Source of the DNA: Alphaproteobacteria bacterium
GTDB lineage: Bacteria > Pseudomonadota > Alphaproteobacteria > UBA828
Length of the DNA stretch: 64,000 nt
NCBI GenBank assembly: GCA_965214705.1
Contig: CBDCCI010000002.1
Location: 1 to 64,000, forward strand
Direction: 5' to 3'
Shown here: positions 31,400 through 42,160 of the stretch, piece by piece
Position numbering within the stretch: position 1 is the first letter of the stretch
Layout of the letters: every line of letters begins with the position of its first letter
The notes under the pieces: generated by a model
The model's input: the letters and a program-made list of their open reading frames with translations, nothing else
Told to the model about the DNA's origin: nothing
Database searches by the model: none
Made by a program: the position numbers and the translations under genes

Positions 31400-32266
31400 T
31401 CATCGGCCGGCATCGCGCTCGCGCGTGTCTTCGTAGCCGGAGGGCAAGTAGCCGAAGCGCTCCATTTGGGCGCGGTGACGCTCCACCACGCGGCGGACCT
31501 GTGCGTCGTCCAGCACCTCCCGCCAGCCGCCCATCTTGCCGGTTCGGAAGAAGCGCTCCTGCGACGGGGTGCGCTCGATAAAGCCGACGCGGTCCTCCTG
31601 CGCGCGCAGTGAGCGGAAGGACGAGTGCCGCATCGCCCGCTCCAGACGCTCGCGCGGCGGCTTGAGGCCGAGGAAGGCCGTAATGGCGCGGAAGGTCGGG
31701 CCGGGCCGGCGACTCATGTCTTCGTAGCGCACGACGTGGAGCTGCGGATGCGAGCTGGCGGTCCAACTCTCGACATGGGTGGACCAGTCGCTGTGGTGCT
31801 CGGGCACCTGGTCCGCCGACGCGGGCGAATGAAATCCTTTAGTTTCCATGAGCGTGATGACGTCGTCCGTCGGCTGGCCCAGGTGGTGGGCGTAGGAGAC
31901 GACCACGTCGAGCGGGTTGCGCACGACGTAGATCGCTCCTGCCGTGAGCGACTGGGTGACCATAGGCACGCCGTCGACCTCGACGAGGGCGTTGTGGGTC
32001 TTGACCATGACGGTATCGCGCGCGCTCTCGGCGATGAGTGCGTGCACCCTGGGGCGGAGGCGCGCGAGGTCTTCCCCGCCCAGCGCCAATGGCGGTCGGG
32101 GATCGAGGCGCCCGTACCAGTGGGCTTGGCTGTCGCCCGCCGTGAGCTCGGACATCCGGTTGATGTCGAAGGGCGTGCGCGCGTTCCGCAGCAGGTTGTG
32201 CAAGAAGGCGCGCAGCCACGTGTTGCCCGACTTGGGGTAGGAGGCCAGCCACAGGATACCGCTCAT
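31400..32266 (-). CDS. PAPS-dependent sulfotransferase, copy 1
   Basis: SYPKSGNTW (5'PSB), RNPLDVVVSY (3'PB), FFRTGKMGGW. Confidence 0.93.
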   Translation of the reverse strand: MSGILWLASYPKSGNTWLRAFLHNLLRNARTPFDINRMSELTAGDSQAHWYGRLDPRPPLALGGEDLARLRPRVHALIAESARDTVMVKTHNALVEVDGVPMVTQSLTAGAIYVVRNPLDVVVSYAHHLGQPTDDVITLMETKGFHSPASADQVPEHHSDWSTHVESWTASSHPQLHVVRYEDMSRRPGPTFRAITAFLGLKPPRERLERAMRHSSFRSLRAQEDRVGFIERTPSQERFFRTGKMGGWREVLDDAQVRRVVERHRAQMERFGYLPSGYEDTRERDAGR

Positions 32267-32421
32267 GAATTATCGCAGAGAGACCGAACGCTTATTGCGC
32301 CGGCAATGCCTTTCCAGGTGGCCACGCAGCGCAAGTCCAGCAATAGCTGAACGCATCCAAGTCGTCTCCGCTTTCCCGTCCTATCGCCTCAGCCGCGCGT
32401 GCGGCCCGCTGGAATCCGGTC

Positions 32422-32451
32422 AAAGAAAAGGGAGCGGCCGAAGCCGCTCCC
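32422..32451 (-). terminator. Intrinsic terminator after porin 1
   Basis: GGGAGCGG-CTTCGG-CCGCTCCC hairpin followed by TTTTCTTT on the minus strand. Confidence 0.75.
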
Positions 32452-32477
32452 CACGCTTTTGACAACAATGCTCCAGA

Positions 32478-33485
32478 CTAGAAGTTGAGCATCGTCCCCA
32501 GGAGGATCTGAGTGAAGTCGTTCGCGCCCTTCTCGCCCGCGCCGACCTGCAGCCCGAGATCGATTCCCGGTCCGAGATTGTAGTTGGCGTTGAAGGCCAC
32601 GATGCTGCTGTCGGTAGTCTCATTGTCGCCGTACTGAACACCCAGCATCATGGGGCCGTCGGTCCAGGACATGCCGATATCGGAATGCGAGGTCGTGACA
32701 CCACCGATTTCCTTGTCGTACACGGCACCGCCTAGCGCGATCTGGTCGATGCTGATCGAGGCCCCGTAGCGCAGGCCCGAGGGATCCTCACCGTCGCCCT
32801 CGTTCGTATAGCCCTCGTAGCCAACATTGGCGCTGAAGCTGCCGCCCATGACGTCGACCGAATAGCTAAGGGCGGCAGAGACCCCCTCCGAGTTCTGCCC
32901 CTCTTCGTCATTGGCCATTCCGGCATAGGAGTCTGTCGAATCCTCGGGCGCGTAGCTCGCGGCAAGAGAGATGCCGTTGAAGACCGGCGAGAAGTAGAGG
33001 ACCTTGAGAGCATCCTCGTTCATGATGTAACCAGGCCCACCGGGGCCCGAATTCCACATGCCGCCGATGCCGTTGAACCAAGGCGACTTGATGCCGCCGA
33101 TCGGCACGCTCGAGCCTGGCGCCCAGATGACCGTCTGCTGCGCGGCGCCTTCGATTGCGCCGACGTGCAGGGAACCGAAGCTACCCTTGAAATAGACTTC
33201 CTGCTCGTCGCTGTGTTCGTAGTCATTGGCGGTGAAACGTACTCTGACACCAGAGGTAATGCCGTTGTCCAGCGTGGCCTCTGCCCTGAGTTGCATCTCC
33301 ATGTTCTGGTTGATGCCATGCCCGCGATTATTGACACCATCCTCGTCATAGCCGATGGCGGCGATTGTGTAGTAGCCTCCAACCCCGACTTCCATCGGCA
33401 CCATCATGTCCTGAGCATGTGCGGCGGTGCCGGCCAATCCGCCTGCAGCCACGAGCGCCGTTGTCGCCAGAAGAACTCGCTTCAT
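32478..33485 (-). CDS. Gram-negative (alphaproteobacterial-type) porin, copy 1
   Basis: Signal peptide MKRVLLATTALVA, TLDNGIT.G, GSFGSLHVG, YFSP.FNG, C-terminal Phe. Confidence 0.9.
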   Translation of the reverse strand: MKRVLLATTALVAAGGLAGTAAHAQDMMVPMEVGVGGYYTIAAIGYDEDGVNNRGHGINQNMEMQLRAEATLDNGITSGVRVRFTANDYEHSDEQEVYFKGSFGSLHVGAIEGAAQQTVIWAPGSSVPIGGIKSPWFNGIGGMWNSGPGGPGYIMNEDALKVLYFSPVFNGISLAASYAPEDSTDSYAGMANDEEGQNSEGVSAALSYSVDVMGGSFSANVGYEGYTNEGDGEDPSGLRYGASISIDQIALGGAVYDKEIGGVTTSHSDIGMSWTDGPMMLGVQYGDNETTDSSIVAFNANYNLGPGIDLGLQVGAGEKGANDFTQILLGTMLNF

Positions 33486-34998
33486 GCTTCTGTCTCCCCT
33501 TTTTCAGTGGTCCAAAGCTCAGGGGTCTCACACCGCCCCTTAACCCGGACCGGTCCCAACCCACCGATAGCGAAGAATGAGGCACCCCGACCCCGTCGCG
33601 CAACCGAATTCATGACAGAATGTTAACGGTCGGTCGTTTTCCCCTCGCACTGTGACCAAAATGCCACGACCCTGCCTCGCCACGGTATCTTGGCCCTCGG
33701 ACCCGGCCCGAAGGCCCTGACCCAATCTCGCCCTCACGCCGCGTCCACGGACCGGCTCGATCCAGTGCCGTTTGCAGGGAGTGGCCCCCGTCAGCAGCCG
33801 CTTCCGACTACCGAAATGTAGCGATTCGCCTACTCGTACCGTCAGGAGTACGCTTACGTTGTAATCAATCCGCTTCCCCTGCGCTTACGGAAATTTGCGC
33901 GTATCCGGCGAGAGGGCGTCGAGATCAGATATTATAACGCTATAACAACGCCGTATAGAATTGCTCCCAAAATGCCGCTCGCGAAGCATGAAGCGAGTTC
34001 TTTTGGGAACTACGGCACTCGTGGCCGCCAGCCTTCTGGTCACCAGCGTTGCCTACGCTGACGAGGAGGAGATGGCCGAAGAAGAGATGATGATGGAAGA
34101 GGAGATGATGGAGCCGGCCGGGCCGATCAGCGTAGGCGTGGGCGGCTACTACACCATCGCCGCCATCGGCTACGACCAGGACGGTGTCAATGATCGCGGC
34201 CACGGCATCAACCAGAACATGGAGATGCAGATCGCGGGCTCGACTACCCTCGACAATGGCATCACTGTTGGCGTCAGGGTCCGCTTCACCGCCAACGACT
34301 ACGAACACAGCGACGAGCAGGAAGTCACCTTTAGCGGCGGCTTCGGCTCCCTGCACGTCGGCGCAATCGAAGGCGCCGCGCAGCAGACGGTCGTCTGGGC
34401 GCCGGGCGGGACCGTGCCGATCGGTGGCATCAAGTCGCCGTGGTTCCAAGGAATTGGCGGCATGTGGACGACGAACGACATCATGAACGAGGATGCGCTC
34501 AAGGTTGTCTACTTCTCGCCGAGCTTCAACGGCATCTCCCTTGCCGCGAGCTACGCGCCTGAAAATTCAACGGACTCCTATGCCGGAAGGAGCGATACCG
34601 ACGCGGGGCAGAACTCGGAGGGGGTCGCTGCCGCCCTTAGCTACACGGTTGACGTCATGGGCGGCAGCTTCAGCGCCAATGTCGGCTATGAGGGCTATAC
34701 GAACGAGGGCGGCGGTGAGGATCCCGAGGGCTTGCGCTACGGGGCCTCGGTTAGCATCGACCAGATCGCGCTCGGCGGTGCCGTGTACGATCAGGAAATC
34801 GGCGGAGTCACGACCTCGAAGTCCGATATCGGCGTGTCCTGGACCGACGGTCCCATGATGCTGGGCGTTCAGTACGGCGACAACGAGATGACTAACAGCA
34901 ACATCGTGGCCTTCAATGCCAACTACAATCTCGGACCGGGAATCGATCTCGGGCTGCAGGTCGGCGCGGGCGAGAAGGGCATGGACGATTTCACTCAG

Positions 34999-37158
34999 CC
35001 CAAGTTGGCACTTTTCCGCTGCCTGTGTTCCCTATTGGTTTGATTCAACGCGATATTTTTCTCGGTCGATTCCAACATGGCCCCACATTTTGTGAGATTC
35101 TGTCAGCTCATCAGACGGGTCCTCGTGCGGTGGATGGCGGGGTCCACGCCCGCCGCCGAGGAGATTGCGGCAACCTCGGCGGCCGGGCGCGTGTCCTGGC
35201 GGTTGACGATCAAGGTGCCGTCGGTCTGGCGCAGGCGCGTGGTGATCCGCACCCAGGTCCGCATGCTCTCGCGGATCGACGCCCAGCACTTGTGGATGCC
35301 GCGCGCGGCCAGCCGGGTACGGATCAGATGCACGGCGTGGTAGGCCAGCACGGCGATCAGCAGGTGGGCCGCGATGCGCCGGTCGAGCTGGTGCCAGATC
35401 GGGCGAAGGCCGAGCTCGGATTTCAGGCTCCGGAATGTCGCCTCGATATCCGTGATCCGCCAGTACGTCCGCAGGACCGTCTCGATGTCCCAGTCGACGT
35501 GGCTGGTGCGCAGCACATAGGCACCGGCGCCCTCATCGGCCTCGTCGTATCGCGGCCTGCGCTTGAAGCGCACGGCGGTGGCATTGGGGCCGGTTTTCGC
35601 CCTCTCGACCGTGATCTCGTAGTGCCTGGCGACGGCGGAGAAGCGCTGCTTGAGGCGGCCTATGCTCTCCAGCACCTTGTCGTAGCGCTTGAGGCGGCCC
35701 TTGACCGCAAGGCCGCCGTGGAGCCTTTCCAGCGCCGCCTCGAAGCGGTTCCGCCTCAGGCCGATGATCGCGTTCTCGGCCTTCTTCTTGCCCTCGCTGA
35801 CGACGTAGAGCCGCGCCTCGCCGTCCTCGCTGGCAAGCCGCCAGGCCCGCACCTCGTGGCGCGCGCTGGTGATCAGCAGGGCCTCGGGTCCGCCCTCGGG
35901 CGGCGCAGGCCTGGCACCGCGGCTGACCGCGATCCAGTCGTAGCCCTGCTCGCCCAGCCACGCGATGTTTTTCTCGGTGGCGATGCCCGCGTCCATGACC
36001 ACCGTGGGCTTCGGCGCCGTGCCGCCGCACACCGCCTCGAGCCGCGCCAGCGCCTCGTGCAGCGTGCCCGGCTCGCTCACGTTGCCCGGCAGGATCTCGC
36101 AACTGCGCGGGAAGCCCGCGCCGTCGAGCGCCAGCGCCAGCGTGATGAGGGGACAGTCGTCGCGCTTCTGCTTGGAGCGCCCGAACCTGGGAAGCTCGCC
36201 GCCCGTGTGGCCGTGGTAGTGGACGTTGGTGAGATCGTAGAAGGCGATCGTCTCGGGCAGGTCGAGCAGTGCGCGCTCACGGTTGAACAGCTCCCGCTGG
36301 ATGGCGGCGCGGTGGCGCCAGAGCAGGTCGCCGATGCGGTAGAGCGTCTTGCGCCGCAGCGCCTTGCGGTCGCCCTCCAGGCCCAGGAGCTCGGCGGCCG
36401 CGCTGTCGTGGCGGAGCCAGCGGCTGGTATCACGCTCGCTGGCGGGATGGACCATCCTGGCGACGATCAGCGCGCTGGCGATGCGCCCGTCGCGGCCCTT
36501 GATGTCGAGGCCGTGGAGGATTTCGGCGAAGCCGAGGGCGTCGAGGGCCTTGAGGCACAGGCGCTCGCAGCCGACCGTGCGCGGGTTCTCGTGCTCCAGG
36601 GTATCGAGGTCGACGGTGGCGATGTCGGGCTTGCGCGCCTCTTCCTGCATCGCCTCGACGCGGAACCCCCTGGCCCTGAGCTTGGCGACGATGTCCTCGG
36701 CTGCGGCCCGCACATCCGCCTCGCCCTCGAACAGCGGCGGCTTGCCGTGAAGCAGCGCCTCGGCGAGTTCGGTGACGGCCTTCCACTTCTCGCGCGGCAC
36801 CGGATAGTCGGTGCCGAGATTGAGCAGCGTCCTGTGGCGCACCTTGTCGCCGACGCGCTGGGCGAGCACGAGGCGATGGCTTCGGACCGGCTGGCCGGCC
36901 TTGTCGGTGTGTGTCCTGGTTGCCTTGATGTACATGGCGGCGCCGTTTCTGCGATGCCTGTTTCGCATACACGGCGTTCGCGGCATCTGGCAAGAGGGAT
37001 ATCGACTCAACTCCAAAGTCCTGGCCCCACAATTGGCTTCCAGGACCACGAATGGCAAATGTGGGTCTCAGGTGTCCTCCAACCCCAACATCTAGTGGTT
37101 CAGCGCCGCAAAACTGGCTCGAACAGGCTCGGCTGGTCGGAAAAAGTGCCAACTTGGG
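34999..37158 (-). mobile_element. IS1634-family element (2160 bp)
   Basis: 17-bp IRs CCCAAGTTGGCACTTTT; TSD TCAG. Confidence 0.92.
35103..36935 (-). CDS. IS1634 transposase
   Basis: FYDLT, FGRSKQKRDD, PGNVSE, VMDAGI, IEATFRSLKSELGLRPIWHQ. Confidence 0.92.
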   Translation of the reverse strand: MYIKATRTHTDKAGQPVRSHRLVLAQRVGDKVRHRTLLNLGTDYPVPREKWKAVTELAEALLHGKPPLFEGEADVRAAAEDIVAKLRARGFRVEAMQEEARKPDIATVDLDTLEHENPRTVGCERLCLKALDALGFAEILHGLDIKGRDGRIASALIVARMVHPASERDTSRWLRHDSAAAELLGLEGDRKALRRKTLYRIGDLLWRHRAAIQRELFNRERALLDLPETIAFYDLTNVHYHGHTGGELPRFGRSKQKRDDCPLITLALALDGAGFPRSCEILPGNVSEPGTLHEALARLEAVCGGTAPKPTVVMDAGIATEKNIAWLGEQGYDWIAVSRGARPAPPEGGPEALLITSARHEVRAWRLASEDGEARLYVVSEGKKKAENAIIGLRRNRFEAALERLHGGLAVKGRLKRYDKVLESIGRLKQRFSAVARHYEITVERAKTGPNATAVRFKRRPRYDEADEGAGAYVLRTSHVDWDIETVLRTYWRITDIEATFRSLKSELGLRPIWHQLDRRIAAHLLIAVLAYHAVHLIRTRLAARGIHKCWASIRESMRTWVRITTRLRQTDGTLIVNRQDTRPAAEVAAISSAAGVDPAIHRTRTRLMS

Positions 37159-37218
37159 TCAGGTCCTTCTGGGGACGATGCTCAACTTCTAGTCTGGAGC
37201 ATTGTCGTCAAAAGCGTG

Positions 37219-37248
37219 GGGAGCGGCTTCGGCCGCTCCCTTCTCTTT
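37219..37248 (+). terminator. Intrinsic terminator after porin 2
   Basis: GGGAGCGGCTTCGGCCGCTCCC followed by TTCTCTTT. Confidence 0.7.
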
Positions 37249-37253
37249 GGCCC

Positions 37254-38120
37254 ATGAGCGGGATCCTGTGGCTCGCCTCCTACCCCAAGTCGGGCAACAC
37301 TTGGTTGCGTGCCTTCTTGCACAACCTGCTGCGGAACGCGCGCACGCCCTTCGACATCAACCGTATGTCCGAGCTCACGGCGGGCGACAGCCAAGCGCGC
37401 TGGTACAAGCGCCTCGATCCCCGACCGCCAGTGGCGCTGAATACGGAGGACCTCGCACGTCTCAGGCCCAGGGTGCACGCACTCATCGCGGAGAGAGCGC
37501 GCGATACCGTCATGGTCAAGACCCACAACGCCCTCGTCGAGGCCGATGGCGTGCCCATGATTACCCAGTCGCTCACGGCAGGGGCGATCTATGTCGTGCG
37601 CAACCCGCTCGACGTGGTCGTCTCCTACGCCCACCACCTGGGCCAGCCGACGGACGACGTCATCACGCTCATGGAGACTAGGGGATTCCATTCGCCCGCG
37701 ACCGCGGACCAAGTGCCTGAGCACCACAGCGACTGGTCCACCCATGTCGAGAGTTGGACCGCCAGCTCGCATCCGCAGCTCCACGTTGTGCGCTACGAAG
37801 ACATGAGTCGCCGGCCCGGCCCGACTTTTCGGACCATCGCGGCCTTCCTCGGCCTCAAGCCGCCGCGCGAGCGCCTGGAGCGGGCGATGCGGCACTCGTC
37901 CTTCCGCTCACTGCGCGCGCAGGAAGACCGCGTCGGCTTTATCGAGCGCACCCCGTCGCAGGACCGGTTCTTCCGGACCGGCAAGATGGGCGGCTGGCGG
38001 GAGGTGCTGGACGACGCACAGGTCCGCCGCGTGGTAGAGCGTCACCGCACCCAAATGGAGCGCTTCGGCTACTTGCCCTCCGGCTACGAGGGTACGGGTG
38101 AACGCAATACCGGCCGATGA
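37254..38120 (+). CDS. PAPS-dependent sulfotransferase, copy 2
   Basis: 288-aa close paralogue of 31400..32266. Confidence 0.93.
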   Translation: MSGILWLASYPKSGNTWLRAFLHNLLRNARTPFDINRMSELTAGDSQARWYKRLDPRPPVALNTEDLARLRPRVHALIAERARDTVMVKTHNALVEADGVPMITQSLTAGAIYVVRNPLDVVVSYAHHLGQPTDDVITLMETRGFHSPATADQVPEHHSDWSTHVESWTASSHPQLHVVRYEDMSRRPGPTFRTIAAFLGLKPPRERLERAMRHSSFRSLRAQEDRVGFIERTPSQDRFFRTGKMGGWREVLDDAQVRRVVERHRTQMERFGYLPSGYEGTGERNTGR

Positions 38121-38345
38121 GCAAAGACGCTGGCTGAGCGCCGCTTAAGGCGGACACGCGTCTCGACGCGCCGCAGCGTGACGTCCGCTTCACGCGAGAG
38201 GCTCATGTAACTTTCGGCTTACTTCCGTTGTTCAAGCAGCTCGGTAAGGAGTCGAACGTGATGATATGGGTCTGCCGCAAGACGTTCTACGATCATTGCC
38301 TCAACAAATGATCCTCCGCTGTCGCCATCGCGTTCTCCCAACTAG

Positions 38346-39993
38346 CCCGAATTTCTCACGAGCGGGAGGTGCATCGGGGCTCTGAACGTGAGAAAGAGCT
38401 TCTGCGACAAAGACCTAATCAGTTGCAGAGGAGCTCCCCGATGCCCGCAGAGTGTACCCCGCCTACGATGCAGTTTGAACGCCTCGATGGCCGCGCCGTG
38501 GTGGCCGACTTCGGCGGCGGCGTGATGACCTCGGACGCGGGCGCCTTGCTGCTGGGCGCCACGGACCGGGCGATCGGACTGGTGGATCGCTTCGCTGCCT
38601 GCTTCTCGGACGGGCGCGCGGGCGCTCGTGTGGTGCACGACGTCACCACCCTGGTGGGCCAGCGGGTGTTCGGCATCGCGTTGGGCTACGAGGACTTGAT
38701 CGACCACGACGCACTGCGCCACGACCCTGTGCTGGGTGTGGTGCTGGGGCGTCTGGAGGCCAAGCGGGCGGGCTGTGCGCCGCTTGCCGGCAAGTCGACG
38801 CTGAACCGTCTGGAGCACGCGCCCGCAGGTGCCCATCGCTATCGCCGGATCGGTCATGAGCCGGACGCCATCGAGACGCTCTTCGTCGATCTCTTCCTCG
38901 ACGCCCACGGGCAAGCCCCTGAGCGGTTGATCCTCGATCTGGACGCCACCGACGACCCGCTTCACGGTCATCAGGAAGGCCGCTTCTTCCACGGCTATTA
39001 CGACTGCTACTGCTATCTGCCGCTCTACGTCTTCTGCGGCGATCACCTGCTGGCGGCGAAGCTGAGGCGCTCCGACATCGACGCCAGCGCCGGCGCGACA
39101 GAGGAGGTGGCGCGTATCGTCGCGCGCATCCGGAAGCGCTGGCCAGAGGTGGCGATCGTGCTGCGCGCAGACTCTGGCTTCGCCCGCGAGGGGCTGATGG
39201 CCTGGTGCGAGGCGAACGGCGTGGACTATGTCTTCGGGCTCGCACGGAACCCGCGCCTGGTCGAGCGTATCGATGCCGACCTCGCCGGGGCCGAGCGCGA
39301 GGCCTGCCTTAGCGGCCAGACGACACGGCGCTTCGCCGACTTCCCCTGGACCACGCGCAAGAGCTGGAGCCGCGAACGCCGCGTCGTCGCCAAAGCCGAG
39401 TGGATGCCGGGCCGGGGCACCAACCCTCGCTTCGTCGTCACCTCGCTGAGCACGGCTGCCTTCGACCGGCGGGAGCTCTACGAGACCCTCTACTGCGCAC
39501 GCGGCGACATGGAGAACCGCATCAAGGAGTGTCAGCTCGACCTCTTCGCAGACCGCACCTCGGCTCAGACCATGCGCGCCAACCAGCTCCGCCTCTGGTT
39601 CGCCGCCATGGCCTACGTGCTGCTCGCAGCGCTCAGGCGCATCGCGCTCCCCCACACCCGCCTCGCCAGAGCCACCTGCGGCTCGATCCGCCTCAAGCTG
39701 CTGAAGATCGGCGCCCAGGTCCGCCTCAGTACCCGCCGCATCCGCATCGCCATGGCCTCAGGCGCACCCCACGCGCCCGAGTTCACACGCGCCCACGCCC
39801 GATTATGCAACTGACCTGAGACCCAGGACCCCACAACCCTCCCGCCAACAACGATGAACCCGCTCCAGACTCAACCGCGCCCCCGGCGCCACCGCCACTC
39901 CTGCGCCATGGCCCAGAAGGCGCCGCCAGGCCAACCAGAAAACCCCCGAAGCCAACCAAACACCCATCGCAGCCCACTCGTGAGAAATGCGGG
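38346..39993 (+). mobile_element. IS1380-family element
   Basis: 21-bp IRs CCCGAATTTCTCACGAGCGGG (19/21 match); TSD CTAG. Confidence 0.93.
38441..39814 (+). CDS. IS1380 transposase
   Basis: TSDAG, LDLDATDD.LHGHQEG, RADSGF, RGDMENRIKE. Confidence 0.93.
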   Translation: MPAECTPPTMQFERLDGRAVVADFGGGVMTSDAGALLLGATDRAIGLVDRFAACFSDGRAGARVVHDVTTLVGQRVFGIALGYEDLIDHDALRHDPVLGVVLGRLEAKRAGCAPLAGKSTLNRLEHAPAGAHRYRRIGHEPDAIETLFVDLFLDAHGQAPERLILDLDATDDPLHGHQEGRFFHGYYDCYCYLPLYVFCGDHLLAAKLRRSDIDASAGATEEVARIVARIRKRWPEVAIVLRADSGFAREGLMAWCEANGVDYVFGLARNPRLVERIDADLAGAEREACLSGQTTRRFADFPWTTRKSWSRERRVVAKAEWMPGRGTNPRFVVTSLSTAAFDRRELYETLYCARGDMENRIKECQLDLFADRTSAQTMRANQLRLWFAAMAYVLLAALRRIALPHTRLARATCGSIRLKLLKIGAQVRLSTRRIRIAMASGAPHAPEFTRAHARLCN

Positions 39994-40911
39994 CTAGGGA
40001 TGGTGGATAGAACGAGGCCTGCAGGCCCGATGGCGACACTTTCTATCTGATTCAGCCAGGACGGCGCGACGCGAGTGCCGACGAACTTCGCAGCCAGGCC
40101 GTCGTGCCGTCGGGTGTGGGTTGGAAATCCCTGAATCGCCCTCTTGGTCAACCCCAGGCACGCAGAAATGCGCCAATCCGATGGTGTAAGAAAAATCTCA
40201 GATCTTCCGAAGCCCTTGCTCGCCAAGGGCTTCGCGACAGCGCACATGACTCACCGCGGACGCCGGCGAGTCGTTAGACTAAGGGACGGATCACGAGCGG
40301 GGACGTCTTGGGTGTTCCCCGCCGGCGCTAGGCGCTTAGTTGAGGTTCCTCACGTTCCCCTTGCCGACCAGTCTTTGCAGAAATTTACTGCCCTTCCGAT
40401 CCCCACTAACCATTCTTGAGCGGACCAACTTGCCTTTGTCGGAATATTCCCAGCAGCCCTTGCCCCATTCTGGATTCGTCCATTTGCTGCAAATCGCGTC
40501 GCCCTTTATTTTCCATATTCCAGTGACCCGATAACTCCAGCCTTCTCCCCATCCTTTGCCGACCGCCGATCCATCAGGATTAAGGTAGTACAAAACGTGC
40601 CATGGTTAAGGGTTGGGCAGGCTCTCTCTCGAGAGCCTGCCCAACCCTTTTGAACGAAGCCGCGGGCCACGAGAGGCGAAGTTGAGCTATGTGGAAAGTG
40701 CGCTGATGTCAGCGTCAGGCGGCATCCACCGGCAGCAGAGTTGCGCATAAAATCGACGCTCGCGCCGGTCTTTCGGCAGGCATGCGGGCGCACGCTGCGA
40801 GGACTGAGCGGGGTGTGAGCCGAGGGCTGTCAGCCCGGCTCAAGCGGAGACAGGTTCGGTCGTGCGTCGGCGCTTTGGCGCCGTTGCGCGGGGCCGAAGC
40901 GAGCGGGCGTC

Positions 40912-42154
40912 TCACGGTTTCCCCCTGTGGGTCGGCGGCAGCGCCGGCGGGCCGCGCGTCGAGCGGGGCTCATGGCGGCGGCGGATTTCGCGGACGAGGC
41001 GCATGACGCCGCCGCAGTGGGGGCAGGCCACGGGCGCGGTGCCGATCTCGGGCTCTTCGTCGGGCTCGGCCCGAGCGCCGTCCACGCTTCCCTCGGGGGC
41101 GGCGCAGCCGAGGGCGCCGAGAGCCTGGCGTGCTCTCTCCAGCGTGCTGGCGCGGCAGCCGTTGGCGAGGATGCCGAAGTAGCGAATGCGGTGCATGCCG
41201 TCCGGCAGGACGTGCCTCAGGAAGCGGCGGATGAACTCGTCGGCGCTCACGGTGGCGATGCCGTAGCGCGGCTTTCTCTGCCCCGGCGCCTTGGGCTTTC
41301 GGTGGCGGAAGGAGACCGTCTCGCCGTCGAAGGAGACGATGCGGCTGTCGGAGATGGCGATCCTGTGCGTGTAGTGCGAGAGGTACCGGAAGACCTGCTC
41401 AGGCCCGCGGAAGGGCCGCTTGGCGTAGACCACCCAGTCCCTGGCCCGGGCGGCGGCAAGCGTGGCGTGGAACTCGCCGGGATTGGCGAGGTGGGCGAGG
41501 GTGCCGTGGAACTCCAGGTCCCCCCCGGCCGTGGGCGCGGGCGAGCTCCTCGAGGAAGAGGCGGCGGAACAGGCTGCCGAGGACCTTGACGGGGGCGAGG
41601 AAGGTGGTGCTCCCCGTCTTCCACTCGCCACTGTCTACGTCGAAGCCCGCGTTGGGCACGACCACGTGCAGGTGCGGGTGGAAGCGGAGCTTCTGATCCC
41701 AGGTATGGAGGACCGCGGTGCCGCCGATGCGCATGCCGCCGTGGCGGGGATCGGCGGCGATGGTGCGCAGGGTCTCGGCGACGGCCCGGAAGAGGATGTC
41801 GAACACCACCCTGCGGTTGCAGAAGGCAATGGCGGCAACCTCCTTGGGCAGGGTGAAGACCACATGGAAGTAGGGCACCGGCAGGATGTCCCCGGCGCGC
41901 TCCTCGCTCCAGAGGTTGGCGGCGAGACCCTGGCAGGTGGGGCAGTGGCGGTTGCGGCAGGAGTTGAAGAGCGGATGCTCGCGCCCGCAGCCCTCGCAGG
42001 CGTACATGTGGCCGCCGAGCACGGCGGTGCGGCACGCCTCGATGGCGCCCATGACCTTGAGCCGGGCGGCGTCGATGCGCCCTTTGTGGCGCTCACGGAA
42101 AGCGGCGCCGGCGCGGCGGAAGATCTCCGCCACGCCCGCGCGTTCGGCCTCCAC
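40912..42154 (-). pseudogene. IS91-family transposase with a frameshift at a C7 run (41520-41526)
   Basis: SCRNRHCPTCQ, YFHVVFTLP, HPHLH in one frame; YLSHYTHRIAIS, IRYFG in the next. Confidence 0.85.
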
Positions 42155-42160
42155 GCGCCG

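Larger units (their letters stand above)
33988..37192 (+). pseudogene. Porin copy 2 interrupted by IS1634 (33988..34998 + 37163..37192)
   Basis: Removing the IS restores DFTQ-VLLGTMLNF*, matching the end of copy 1. Confidence 0.9.

Noticed and set aside
35025-38120. 1031-aa ORF ending in a sulfotransferase (apparent fusion)
   Set aside because: It is the antisense frame of the IS1634 transposase running by chance into the 288-aa gene starting at 37254.
41515-41530. Programmed frameshift in the IS91-like transposase
   Set aside because: A G7/C7 run is more simply a slippage mutation or sequencing error; no supporting signal seen.
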